A DNA stretch of 64,000 nucleotides, from positions 1,798,001 through 1,862,000 of the forward strand of contig CAKKNE010000003.1 of the NCBI GenBank assembly GCA_918797485.1, written 5' to 3'. Below the pieces are notes generated by a model. That model was given only the letters and a program-made list of their open reading frames with translations, was not told the origin of the DNA and ran no database searches. Of the stretch, positions 21,701-29,506 are shown piece after piece; position 1 is the first letter of the stretch; every line of letters starts with the position of its first letter. A program made the position numbers and the translations under genes. Source of the DNA: Pelagomonas calceolata (lineage: Eukaryota).

Positions 21701-23262
21701 CCGAAGAGCGCCAACGGCAGGCTTTGGCCGAGGAGCGGCGCCGCGCGGCCCAGGAAGCCCAGAAGCGGGAGCAGGAGCGGGCGGCTCGCGAGGCGCAGCA
21801 AAAGGCCGAAGCGGAGCGAATAGAGCGGGAAAGGGCCGAGGCCTTACAAAAAGCCCGGGCCGAGGCCGAGCGAGAAGAACGGGAGCGCGTCGAACGGGAG
21901 GCGAAGATCGCGGCAGAAAAGGAGGCGAAGCGCCAGGCCTGGTTGAAGAAGGAGCAGCAGAAGTTGGAGGACGAGCGAAAACGCAGAGAGGCCGCGGAAA
22001 TTGAAAGGCGCCAACGGCTCGAACGCGAGCGGCGCGAGGAAGCTTTGAGGTTGGAGCGGGAGCGGCTCGCGGAGCTCGAGGAGGAGAAGCGCGATCAAGT
22101 ACGGTGTGAGAAAGCTGCTCGTCATGAATATAGCATGCTGTTCCTGCGGTTCAAGCGGAGATGTGCATTGAGGAAGGCCGCGCGCGCGCGCGCGAAGGTC
22201 CTCGCGGCGGGGCTGTACCTCAAAAGGTGGCGGCGCGCGGCGGCTCAAAGAAGAGGCGCGCGCAAGAGGTACTTCCGGGCGCTGGGGTCGCTCGAGGCGG
22301 CGCCCGCGCCTATTGCTGAAGCGGCGGCTGTCCCGCCTATGCTTTCGTTCGCGTCGCTGGCGCGGGCTGCGCGCGCGGCGCCGTCCTTGTTAGCGGAGCA
22401 GGTCGCGCGGCTGACAAGGCCACCTTTGGATGTGCGCGGCGCCTTTGCCGGAAGCGCGGGCCGCGTCGTCTTAGGCGTCGTCGGCGCCGTCGATGATCCG
22501 TTGTATGAGGCGGTGCTCGCGTGTTTAGAAAAAGGATTAGCGTCGCAGAAAAGAAGGCGCTCTGACGCGCCAGTTGTCGCGCTGCGCAAGGACGGCGTCG
22601 GCTGCTGTGCACTACTGGTGGCGTGTTCGCTCGCGCATGGGCGCGCTGCGGCTTCTAACGCATCTGCGGCGGCGGCGGACGCTGGGGCAGTACCGGTGTG
22701 CGTCCTACACGACGGCGCGGTCCCCGAGCCGCTCGTCGCCGCCCTTGCGCCAGAGACGCGCGCGACCGCGTGTGGTGGCGCACGCGACCCGAAGTTGGTG
22801 GATATCCTGCGCCACTGTTTGAACTTCCTCGGTGAGGCGTCAAAACCGCCACCGCCGCCGTTACTACTCCAAGCCCCAGAACCGGTGCGCGTGCCCGACG
22901 CCTCTCAAGCAAAACGCGCGCGGCGCGCGCTGACGCTCGCAAAGTACGCAAATACACCAGAGCCGCCGCCGCCGAAGCGCGCGCGCGTGAACAAGGCGTT
23001 GAGTGACGCAAAGGCCGCGTCGGACCGCCTCGACGCCTTGTTGCGGGGCGCGCTGGCGCCCTCGCCGCCAACTTATAAACCGCTCCCGCCGCCCGCGCCG
23101 GCGCCTCACCACTACTACCTGAAGCGCATCGAGGCGTCGGCGGGCTGGAAGGCAGCGAAGGAACATGATCATTATGCGGCGCTCGACCAGAGTGATGATG
23201 ATACGGGCTACGACCTGCGGGACGGGACGCACGTCGAGCGGCACGTGGGGTCGCCCCGGTAA
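18748..23262 (+). CDS. SAC3/GANP mRNA-export factor with N-terminal FG repeats, two RRM-like domains and coiled coil
   Basis: Many PFG/AFG repeats; GRG repeats; LVGTCLQFCP..E, KKYKRSDAG, VRPVHVL, YLFLWDRFRAIRKDFILQ. Confidence 0.88.
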   Translation: MFGGGGGNNPFAGGGNPPQSPFGQNNPPQSPFGQGAPAFGTSTPFGSAPAPAPAFGASSFGPASSTPFGGGAASSPSGFAAASTAFGGGSAFGGSPAPAPAFGSSSAFGATTPFGGGGSSPSSSGFAKASSTFGAFGGSPAPAPAFGSASAFGGGGTFGGAAPAPSPFGGAAAAKPSIFGGGGSPQTKKGKKKQLSAAANPFAPAGGGSAPFGGAAAAPAPSPFGGGGGSTFGGAAAPAPAFTFGNAPAAAATNPFAPAAPAPARGRTAERGKGRGRGRGASASPDDGGRGRGRGRGKGGTTSASPDDGRGRGRGRGKGGAKGTQRVYCVKVQPITQDVDDAKLEQLFKGTGCAPQSVRALGTYGYGNYAMRRDADAACQALSGQDLGAGAVYCTVKEKQAPKTQEAPAPAPARTGTGQGADAPAPAQHADKVWTRAPAAPQPRLDTGAASRFVKGQIGGQARRDDKARAATTLRVTKGCPKDEIGLKSVCESFGGVSSVSIEGDVGVVVFKDADGCKLAQEQLHGIDAFMAGTVECSVGAPVPQKKKKAPPKTPNPSLAARNAERFAAPPRRTSRSPPPAPVPAPDGTDLVGTCLQFCPTAEIEERVGFKELDAFEKPEGFEQMDNETLIEACKATALKKYKRSDAGSIQAKPEIVRPVHVLLKAFEHLRDNVIERATGTLEDAMARYLFLWDRFRAIRKDFILQNYTTGGLVGLEAIRVFEGVARYLVGIEKELQHHAEWREGIAHGKQNAESLSETLSALVAFYDAARCKPNSTELLENEAEFTQYWLVYFLDQEEGSEAAHMLNRIALERPELYMTEEIQRAAGIRKARLDKNWARFFAVVREAPYLIRCLIVAQYADSMRDDALQVLSRSIQRSEPYAARDLALSLGLSVVDCRRRVVDWGGGIDDKGNVLFQKPASFDEEAFDATAFADESVEPLFGEESVTTAVRGDPEALMRAQQAARERKRVAEERAAAERLQREAEERQRQALAEERRRAAQEAQKREQERAAREAQQKAEAERIERERAEALQKARAEAEREERERVEREAKIAAEKEAKRQAWLKKEQQKLEDERKRREAAEIERRQRLERERREEALRLERERLAELEEEKRDQVRCEKAARHEYSMLFLRFKRRCALRKAARARAKVLAAGLYLKRWRRAAAQRRGARKRYFRALGSLEAAPAPIAEAAAVPPMLSFASLARAARAAPSLLAEQVARLTRPPLDVRGAFAGSAGRVVLGVVGAVDDPLYEAVLACLEKGLASQKRRRSDAPVVALRKDGVGCCALLVACSLAHGRAAASNASAAAADAGAVPVCVLHDGAVPEPLVAALAPETRATACGGARDPKLVDILRHCLNFLGEASKPPPPPLLLQAPEPVRVPDASQAKRARRALTLAKYANTPEPPPPKRARVNKALSDAKAASDRLDALLRGALAPSPPTYKPLPPPAPAPHHYYLKRIEASAGWKAAKEHDHYAALDQSDDDTGYDLRDGTHVERHVGSPR

Positions 23263-23407
23263 GAGGTTGTTGTGTTTATCGTCTCTTCACGCGCGGGTTG
23301 CTGGAAATCGGTTCTTCGGCCGCCGCCCGGCTAGGGCCCACAGATTGGTACTAGACACGAGCACAGATGTCGCTGACCAATCGAGTGGCGTGCGAGGGGT
23401 CCGCGCG

Positions 23408-23428
23408 CTTAGCGGCCTGAGACACTAG
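23408..23428 (-). promoter_or_regulatory. Degenerate copy of the intergenic dyad element
   Basis: Reverse complement reads CTAGTGTCTCAggcCGCTAAG; about 130 bp upstream of the ATG at 23556. Confidence 0.45.
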
Positions 23429-23555
23429 GAATTTGTATGGCATCATTGGCATGAGCAGAATTGCACCCCCGGCGCCAGCACTGCGCCCCCGCGCTGCCCA
23501 TCGTTCAGGTCAGCCAGAGCACATCTCCACCCCGCGGCCCGCGGCCTGTCCCCCG

Positions 23556-24455
23556 ATGGCGGACGCGGGGAGAGGCGATGGGGAGGCGTCCACAGCATCG
23601 CCTGACCCGGCGCCTGCGCAAGCTCAGTCCGCGCCCATAGATGCCCTGACCGCGGAGCCCGCATTAAACGATGCCCTCTCGCCGCCCCGCGACTTCATGC
23701 TGGACACGACGACGGAGCAGCCCCGACCCGAAGCCGTCGCGCTGACGCCCGTCGTCGCGGAACAAGACGAGACCTGCGTCTACGTCTTCGGCGCGAACGT
23801 GGGCGCGGCGCCCGACGCCGCCACCGCAAAGCTCGCGAAGCGAGTCTTGCAGATCTCGGTCGTGCTGATTTTGTTACAGGCCATCATCGCCGTCGTCTAC
23901 TACGTGAGGGACGAGCCCCTGGCGCTGATACTGATCACGCTCTGCTTCTCGCTCGCGCACCCGACGTGCGGCATCTTCGGGGTCATGAACAAGGATAGAA
24001 GCTTACTATGCATGTTTTGTGGGTATGGCTGCATCCAGTGCGCCGCGGACGCCATTACTTGTGTTTTATGTATAGTCTATGCCGTATCGAAGAGCGGCAA
24101 GAAGCGCCGCGACTTTGCCATGCTGGCGGCGTACTACTTCGTCCAGGGCGTGATCCACTACGTCGTCTTCTACTGGGGCAACAAGTTGTATATTCACAAG
24201 GGCTTCGACGCGCGGGCCGTACATCCTGAAGCTAGGGCGGCGCGGCGGCGGCGCCGGGAAGCAGTGCCCGTCGCCGCCACCTCGCGTCTCGAGGATGACG
24301 GCTTCGCGGCGGCGGCGTACGCCGACGTCGAGGCCGGGCAGCCCTGGGTCATGTCGCCCAAGGTCGGTTCGGCCGACGACGACCGGCCCGACGCCCCGCC
24401 GCCGGCCGCAGAGGCCGTGCCCGCCGTCACGCCCCGCGAAGAACCAGCGGGCTAG
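23556..24455 (+). CDS. Hypothetical 4-TM membrane protein
   Basis: Four hydrophobic segments; CGIFGVMNKDRSLLCMF. Start uncertain. Confidence 0.65.
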   Translation: MADAGRGDGEASTASPDPAPAQAQSAPIDALTAEPALNDALSPPRDFMLDTTTEQPRPEAVALTPVVAEQDETCVYVFGANVGAAPDAATAKLAKRVLQISVVLILLQAIIAVVYYVRDEPLALILITLCFSLAHPTCGIFGVMNKDRSLLCMFCGYGCIQCAADAITCVLCIVYAVSKSGKKRRDFAMLAAYYFVQGVIHYVVFYWGNKLYIHKGFDARAVHPEARAARRRRREAVPVAATSRLEDDGFAAAAYADVEAGQPWVMSPKVGSADDDRPDAPPPAAEAVPAVTPREEPAG

Positions 24456-24490
24456 ATTGTAAAATATTTGTCTGAAACCTGTCCTACTTC

Positions 24491-24513
24491 GTTAGCGCCT
24501 GTAAGACACTAGC
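24491..24513 (-). promoter_or_regulatory. Copy of the intergenic dyad element
   Basis: Reverse complement reads GCTAGTGTCTTACAggCGCTAAC; about 140 bp upstream of the ATG at 24652. Confidence 0.6.
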
Positions 24514-24651
24514 AAGCACCAGCTGACAGCCTGCAACAAAAACGCCATCACGCCATCATCGATTCATAGTTGTCACTTCAAAGGCTTCGCACGCACCACC
24601 CAATTCATTTCTGAGCAGCTTGGCATCCGTGCGCAAGGTTAGGAGGTCGTA

Positions 24652-25446
24652 ATGGCTTGCAGCAGCAGGCTTGCAGTGCTGCTAATATGCGGAACGGCGA
24701 CATCGTTCGTGCTCAGAACCAGCATTCCTTCGCGTCATGCCATGGTCGTCGCTGCGAAAGGCAAGAAAGGCAAGAAAGGCAAGAAGCCGAAGCTGCAGAA
24801 GAAATCAGGCATGGACTGGGCGCGGGATTTTGAGGTTATGCCGTTCGACAGCTCCGTGCTTCGGCCGTTGGCCGACGCCGCCGCCGGCGCGTTCGAGGCG
24901 CGCACGGGCAAGCCCTTGGACGCGTCGCTGGCCGGCGCGGGCGACCTGCCGAAGGCGCTCTACAAGGCGCCCGTCTGCGTGATGGTGGTCTCAGATGAAA
25001 AGATTGCGTACGCCAACGACGCCGCGTGCGAATTTGCGGGCAAAAAGCACACGGAGCTCATCGGCTCGGCAACTACATTGCCGGCGACCGTCGCTGATGG
25101 GTATGATTCGAGCTACGAGAAGAAGCTCGACGGTAACACGATGCAAAAGGCCAAGCGATGGGCCATCAGCAAGATGGCGGTAGTCGACGGCGAATTGGTC
25201 ACGGAGGACCAGGGCGTCGGCTACGCCTTTTCTACTTGGGTCCGCGAGGAGGACGGCGCGCTCTGCAAGCCCGGCGGCGTCGTCGAAGCACCTCCGATAG
25301 ATCCAGCCGAAATTCAGGCGAAGATCGATGCCCAAGCGGCCGTGGTCCGGGACCTCAAGGAGGAGCAGGGCCTCGGCAACAGCGACCCGGAGGTTAAGGC
25401 CGCCGTCGCCGAGCTGCTGAGGCTCAAGGCGCTGCTCGAGGAGTGA
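24652..25446 (+). CDS. Plastid-targeted MEKHLA/PAS-like + WHEP-TRS domain protein
   Basis: Signal peptide ending ATS-F; IAYANDAACEF; C-terminal IDAQAAVVRDLK...EVKAAVAELLRLK. Confidence 0.65.
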   Translation: MACSSRLAVLLICGTATSFVLRTSIPSRHAMVVAAKGKKGKKGKKPKLQKKSGMDWARDFEVMPFDSSVLRPLADAAAGAFEARTGKPLDASLAGAGDLPKALYKAPVCVMVVSDEKIAYANDAACEFAGKKHTELIGSATTLPATVADGYDSSYEKKLDGNTMQKAKRWAISKMAVVDGELVTEDQGVGYAFSTWVREEDGALCKPGGVVEAPPIDPAEIQAKIDAQAAVVRDLKEEQGLGNSDPEVKAAVAELLRLKALLEE

Positions 25447-25553
25447 TCGGGATCGCGCCGACGGCGTCACTGCAGGAAGACGCCATCGACGCGGGGCTAG
25501 GGTATGTTAAACGTATGTAGTAAAAGGAGAATTACGGCGACGCGCGCGCGGGC

Positions 25554-26366
25554 TCACGCGTAGAGGTAGCGCACGACACGTATGAAGTTTTGCGCCTGGT
25601 TGCCGTTGGCAAGCGTCGAGAAGAGGAAGCGCACGGCCGCCTCGTGCCGCGCCGCCTCGCCGTCGTCGCCGCCGGTCCGCGCCGCCGAGAAGAGCTCGCG
25701 CTTGCGCTTCTGGCCCGCCTGCGGCCCCGACGCCTGGCGCACGAAGTGGGCCCTAATAACGGCCATCTGGCGCTTGAACTCGTGGAGCTTCAGGATCTGG
25801 ACCAGGTCGGGGTGTCTCCGTTCCACGGCGATGGCCTCGGCCGTCTGGCCGTAGTTGTCGAGCGTGCAGGGGTTGCAGCCCAGCAACAATAGCTTCGTCG
25901 CGAGCGCCGTGTCGCCTCCTCTATGAGCCAAATGATGTAAAGCCGTCCGGCCGTCCGCGGACTGCAGTGATCTAGCTTTCGGGTAGGCGTGGATCAATGA
26001 TAAAGCGTCGTCGCCCCGCAAATCCAACCGCACCACTAAATCGTTCGGCTTGGGCACCCTCCGGTGGCGGATGACGATGACGTCGTTCTTGCGCAGGTGG
26101 ACGCTCCGCGGCGTGTCGGAGCCCTCGAGCTCCTGCATGAGCTCCTCCGTGAAGAAGAAGACCAAGGTCTCCTTGTCGACGCCGTTGTGCTTGCCGTAGT
26201 GGCGAAATAATGACGAGAAGTGCTGGTCCCGGAGCATCGAGCACCTATATTCGGTCCCCTTCTTGATGCGGACGGCGCGCCGCTCGCCGGAGGCGAGGTA
26301 GAGGTCCTCGACGGGCTTGCAGACGAACTCGATGAAGTCGTGCTGGCCGTTGTTGTTGTTCGCCAT
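25554..26366 (-). CDS. SUMO-like domain + ankyrin repeat protein
   Basis: FSSLFRHYGKHNGVDKETLVFFF...DTPRSVHLRKNDVI; DGRTALHHLA...LLLLGCNP..DNYGQTA. Confidence 0.7.
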   Translation of the reverse strand: MANNNNGQHDFIEFVCKPVEDLYLASGERRAVRIKKGTEYRCSMLRDQHFSSLFRHYGKHNGVDKETLVFFFTEELMQELEGSDTPRSVHLRKNDVIVIRHRRVPKPNDLVVRLDLRGDDALSLIHAYPKARSLQSADGRTALHHLAHRGGDTALATKLLLLGCNPCTLDNYGQTAEAIAVERRHPDLVQILKLHEFKRQMAVIRAHFVRQASGPQAGQKRKRELFSAARTGGDDGEAARHEAAVRFLFSTLANGNQAQNFIRVVRYLYA

Positions 26367-27069
26367 GGTTGTGTGGCGTCCGCGCTCCGCGCGGGGCGTC
26401 GTTTTAGGCCTGCGGGAGGATGAGTGAACGGGGCGCCGCAATTATTTTTCTCATGTCGCGCGCCCGCAGTCGCTGGTCCCGCCCACCGGGCGCGCGCGCG
26501 GCATCCAGCGCCGCGGAGAGCAAAAAAATCTACCGACGCGGGCCGCGTACCGGTGCAGGAGCGAACTCGTTCGGTGCCGAGTATTGGTTAACCTAGCTGT
26601 GGCGCGTCGGTTCTCGCAGTTTTTCTTGCTGGCCGCTTTGTATTTTGGATCGGCTGAGAGGAGCAGGCGATGAAAGAGCGGGGCCCAGTGAATTTGGCCT
26701 TTGCGGGACGGCAAAGCCAAGCCCAAAAGCGGCGGGCCAACTCGTCGGCGGTGCCCCGGCTGATGTACACAAGCGTCAACGATCCGTACTCCACGTCTCG
26801 CCCTCCATTCGCCCCGCGGCAGGGGTCGCCGAATCTAGAGCCCGCCCCGCGCAGCGCATCGGCGTCGAGCTGCCAAACGCCCTGCTCTGCACGGGCAACG
26901 CGGGCAGCTCTTTTCGATTGCTGGTACCACAGTGTTCACTGAAGATCACCGCTGGCTGCGCGCGAGCGCCAGCGCGCGCATTGTCTGCTGACCACCAAGG
27001 TTGGCTAGGCACAAGCCAAAGCGTGGAACAGACAACCCTCGACGCAATCGAGGCGTAAACACAACAACA

Positions 27070-28428
27070 ATGGGAGACGCGCCCCGCTTCCGCCTGCGCA
27101 CGGGCGCGCCGTCGTGGGACCGCATCTGCAGTATTGATATTGATCGCGTCATGGACGGCTTGGGAGCCGGAAGTACTTTATCAGGCATTGTGGATGACGT
27201 GACTTTCGCCAACATCAGTCGACGAGAACTCAAAAGCGCCGGCTACGACGCGGCGGAGTCGCTCGTGAGGCTGCTCCAGCTGTGCGTGGAGTACATGCTG
27301 CACGTGCAGGAGTCGTTGATTAATGATGCCTCAAAAGCGGAGCTCGGCCGCCGGAAGGCGCTGGACGAGGTTTCGGATGTCGAGGCCAAGCTGAGCCTCG
27401 AGAAAGCGAGAAGACGGGCCGCGGCGCGGCAGTGCGTGGACTTCCGCGAAGTAGCACTGGCGCTCGCGGGCGCGGCGCGCGCCGCCGGCGTCGACACGGC
27501 GCGCTGGATCGATTCCTTGCGGGACGGCGAGGCGGCGAACGACGACGAGGCGCTGCTCGAGGCGTACACTGATACGTCTGTTGGCTGCGCGCAGTGCGGC
27601 AAGGGCTTTGTGAGCAAGGAGTACCTCGCGCAACACGTAAAGAGCGTCCATGGTGATGTGGAACGGAAGCCCGTGGGCCTGCCGATGACTGTGATGCGGA
27701 ACGTCGGGAAGAGCCACTCACCTAGGCCAAAACCGCAGAAGAAGAAGCAGGGCTTTTTTTCCTCAATGATGTCTTGGGGAAAAAAGAAGGCGCCGGCGCA
27801 CGTCGAGCGCGTCTGGGACCTCGCGGCGGGCCCGAGCCATTCCAACGTCGAGGGCGCCCAGGAGGAAGCTATCCTGCACGCCGTCGAGGCGGCCAATTTG
27901 GACGCCGACGAGGTCGCCTTCGCCTGCGAGCGGCGCGGCGGCAAGCTCGTGCTGGTTGCTACCGCGCCCGATGATTTCGACGCGTGGGAGTGGCTCGACG
28001 AGGAGCTCCACGCGTGCTTCGGGGGCACAAGCCTCGTCAAGGATTTGAATTTGCGCGGCAAGGCCGTAAAGGCGGGGCCGCGCGAGGAGATGTCCTGGGA
28101 TTTTTCTGGTGGCGATGCGGCCGCGGTGCAGCGTGCGCTTGATGAGGCCAAGCTCGACGCGGACGAGGTCTCGCTGACGGCGTCTGGTAACGTCCTCACT
28201 GGGGTTGCGCCGAAAGGTTTCGACGCGTGGTCCTGGCTCGACGAGGAGGTCCAAAGTACTCTCGCGGGCGTTGTGAAAACGATAGCGTTGCGCGGCGCGA
28301 AGCCGCAGCCCGCCGGGGCGCGCGCTTTGGACGACGCGATCCGGGCGTTGGAGGGCGTCGTGGCGGTCCGGCCGAGCGTCGGGCCGGCGCTCGAGCTGTT
28401 GAAGAAGGAGCGACGAGGGCTGAAGTAA
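27070..28428 (+). CDS. DZIP1/Iguana-like N-terminal domain + C2H2 zinc finger protein
   Basis: FRLRTGAPSWDRICSIDIDRV...LLQLCVEYMLHVQ; CAQCGKGFVSKEYLAQHVKSVH. Confidence 0.8.
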   Translation: MGDAPRFRLRTGAPSWDRICSIDIDRVMDGLGAGSTLSGIVDDVTFANISRRELKSAGYDAAESLVRLLQLCVEYMLHVQESLINDASKAELGRRKALDEVSDVEAKLSLEKARRRAAARQCVDFREVALALAGAARAAGVDTARWIDSLRDGEAANDDEALLEAYTDTSVGCAQCGKGFVSKEYLAQHVKSVHGDVERKPVGLPMTVMRNVGKSHSPRPKPQKKKQGFFSSMMSWGKKKAPAHVERVWDLAAGPSHSNVEGAQEEAILHAVEAANLDADEVAFACERRGGKLVLVATAPDDFDAWEWLDEELHACFGGTSLVKDLNLRGKAVKAGPREEMSWDFSGGDAAAVQRALDEAKLDADEVSLTASGNVLTGVAPKGFDAWSWLDEEVQSTLAGVVKTIALRGAKPQPAGARALDDAIRALEGVVAVRPSVGPALELLKKERRGLK

Positions 28429-28613
28429 GGACTAGTATGAACTCGCGTCGATGGCGTCGATTGGCGCAGCCGAAACCCGTGCAGTCGCGGCTGCGTCGGC
28501 GCGGCGGCGTCGGGCCGCAAACTCAGGCTCAGGCTATTTACGTCGCAGGGTTCCCCGTACCCCTCTCGCTCCCCCCGGGCCCACCCGTCCGGCTGGACTT
28601 AAGGACGCAATTT

Positions 28614-28636
28614 GCTAGTGCCTTACGGCCGCTAGC
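28614..28636 (+). promoter_or_regulatory. Copy of the intergenic dyad element (GCTAGTGCCTTACggcCGCTAGC)
   Basis: About 200 bp upstream of the ATG at 28838. Confidence 0.6.
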
Positions 28637-28837
28637 TCGACCCATCGGCCAAACTTGGCCTGTGGGCACAGACGAGCGCAACACGATCCTCAAGACGCTT
28701 GGAAGACACAAGCGATCGCCCAGGACACCTCAGCATCGCATTGGACAACTGGACGCACGCGTACGGCTCAGCAGAGCGTGTCCACTGTTAAGGCCTGATC
28801 ATCATCGCCCATCGACGCGGCGCCGCGACAAGCAGCG

Positions 28838-29488
28838 ATGTCGCAGTGGGGCGCGTTAGACGCGAAATACTCGACGGGCGCCGGCGCGAAGCAACGCGTC
28901 GACGTGCCTACCTGCCAGCAGTGCCTCAACGGCCAGTGCCGCCGCCACCCGAAGCAGGACCACGGCCGCTCCGCCGCGCGGCTGCAGGCCGAGGCCGGCG
29001 CGCAAGCGTCGGGCACGCTCGACCGCATGTACGACGCGCTCGTGGCCCCGCAAATCGCCAAAGCAAAAAAGGACCTCGGAGACTTCGACGAGAAGGCCGA
29101 GCGCGAGTACGCGGCGTCGGCCGCCAAGGACCGCGAGAAGGCTCTGAAGCGGAAGCGCAAGGGCCTCGGCGAGGAAGGGCAAAGATTGGCGGCCTCCGGT
29201 TTACATGGAGGCGTCGTGGGACTCATGACGCGCAGCGACGACGATTCGTCGTCGTCCTCGTCGTCGTCGTCGAGCGGCGACAAGAAACGTCGCAAGAAAG
29301 AGAAGAAAAAATTGAAGAAAAAAGCGAAGAAGGCTCTGAAGAAAGAGAAGAAACGGAAAAAGAAGGAGAAGAAGCGTCGGAAAAAAGAATCCGACGCGTC
29401 TTCGAGCGCGGCGTCGGACGGAGAGGTCTCCGAGCCGCGCGGCGGCACGGTGTCGCCGCCGCCACCACTACCCGGTGTTGAGGAGTAA
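28838..29488 (+). CDS. Hypothetical Lys-rich nuclear protein with Cys/His knuckle
   Basis: CQQCLNGQCRRH; poly-S and K/R-rich tract. Confidence 0.6.
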   Translation: MSQWGALDAKYSTGAGAKQRVDVPTCQQCLNGQCRRHPKQDHGRSAARLQAEAGAQASGTLDRMYDALVAPQIAKAKKDLGDFDEKAEREYAASAAKDREKALKRKRKGLGEEGQRLAASGLHGGVVGLMTRSDDDSSSSSSSSSSGDKKRRKKEKKKLKKKAKKALKKEKKRKKKEKKRRKKESDASSSAASDGEVSEPRGGTVSPPPPLPGVEE

Positions 29489-29506
29489 TCCATTGTTGTT
29501 AACATA

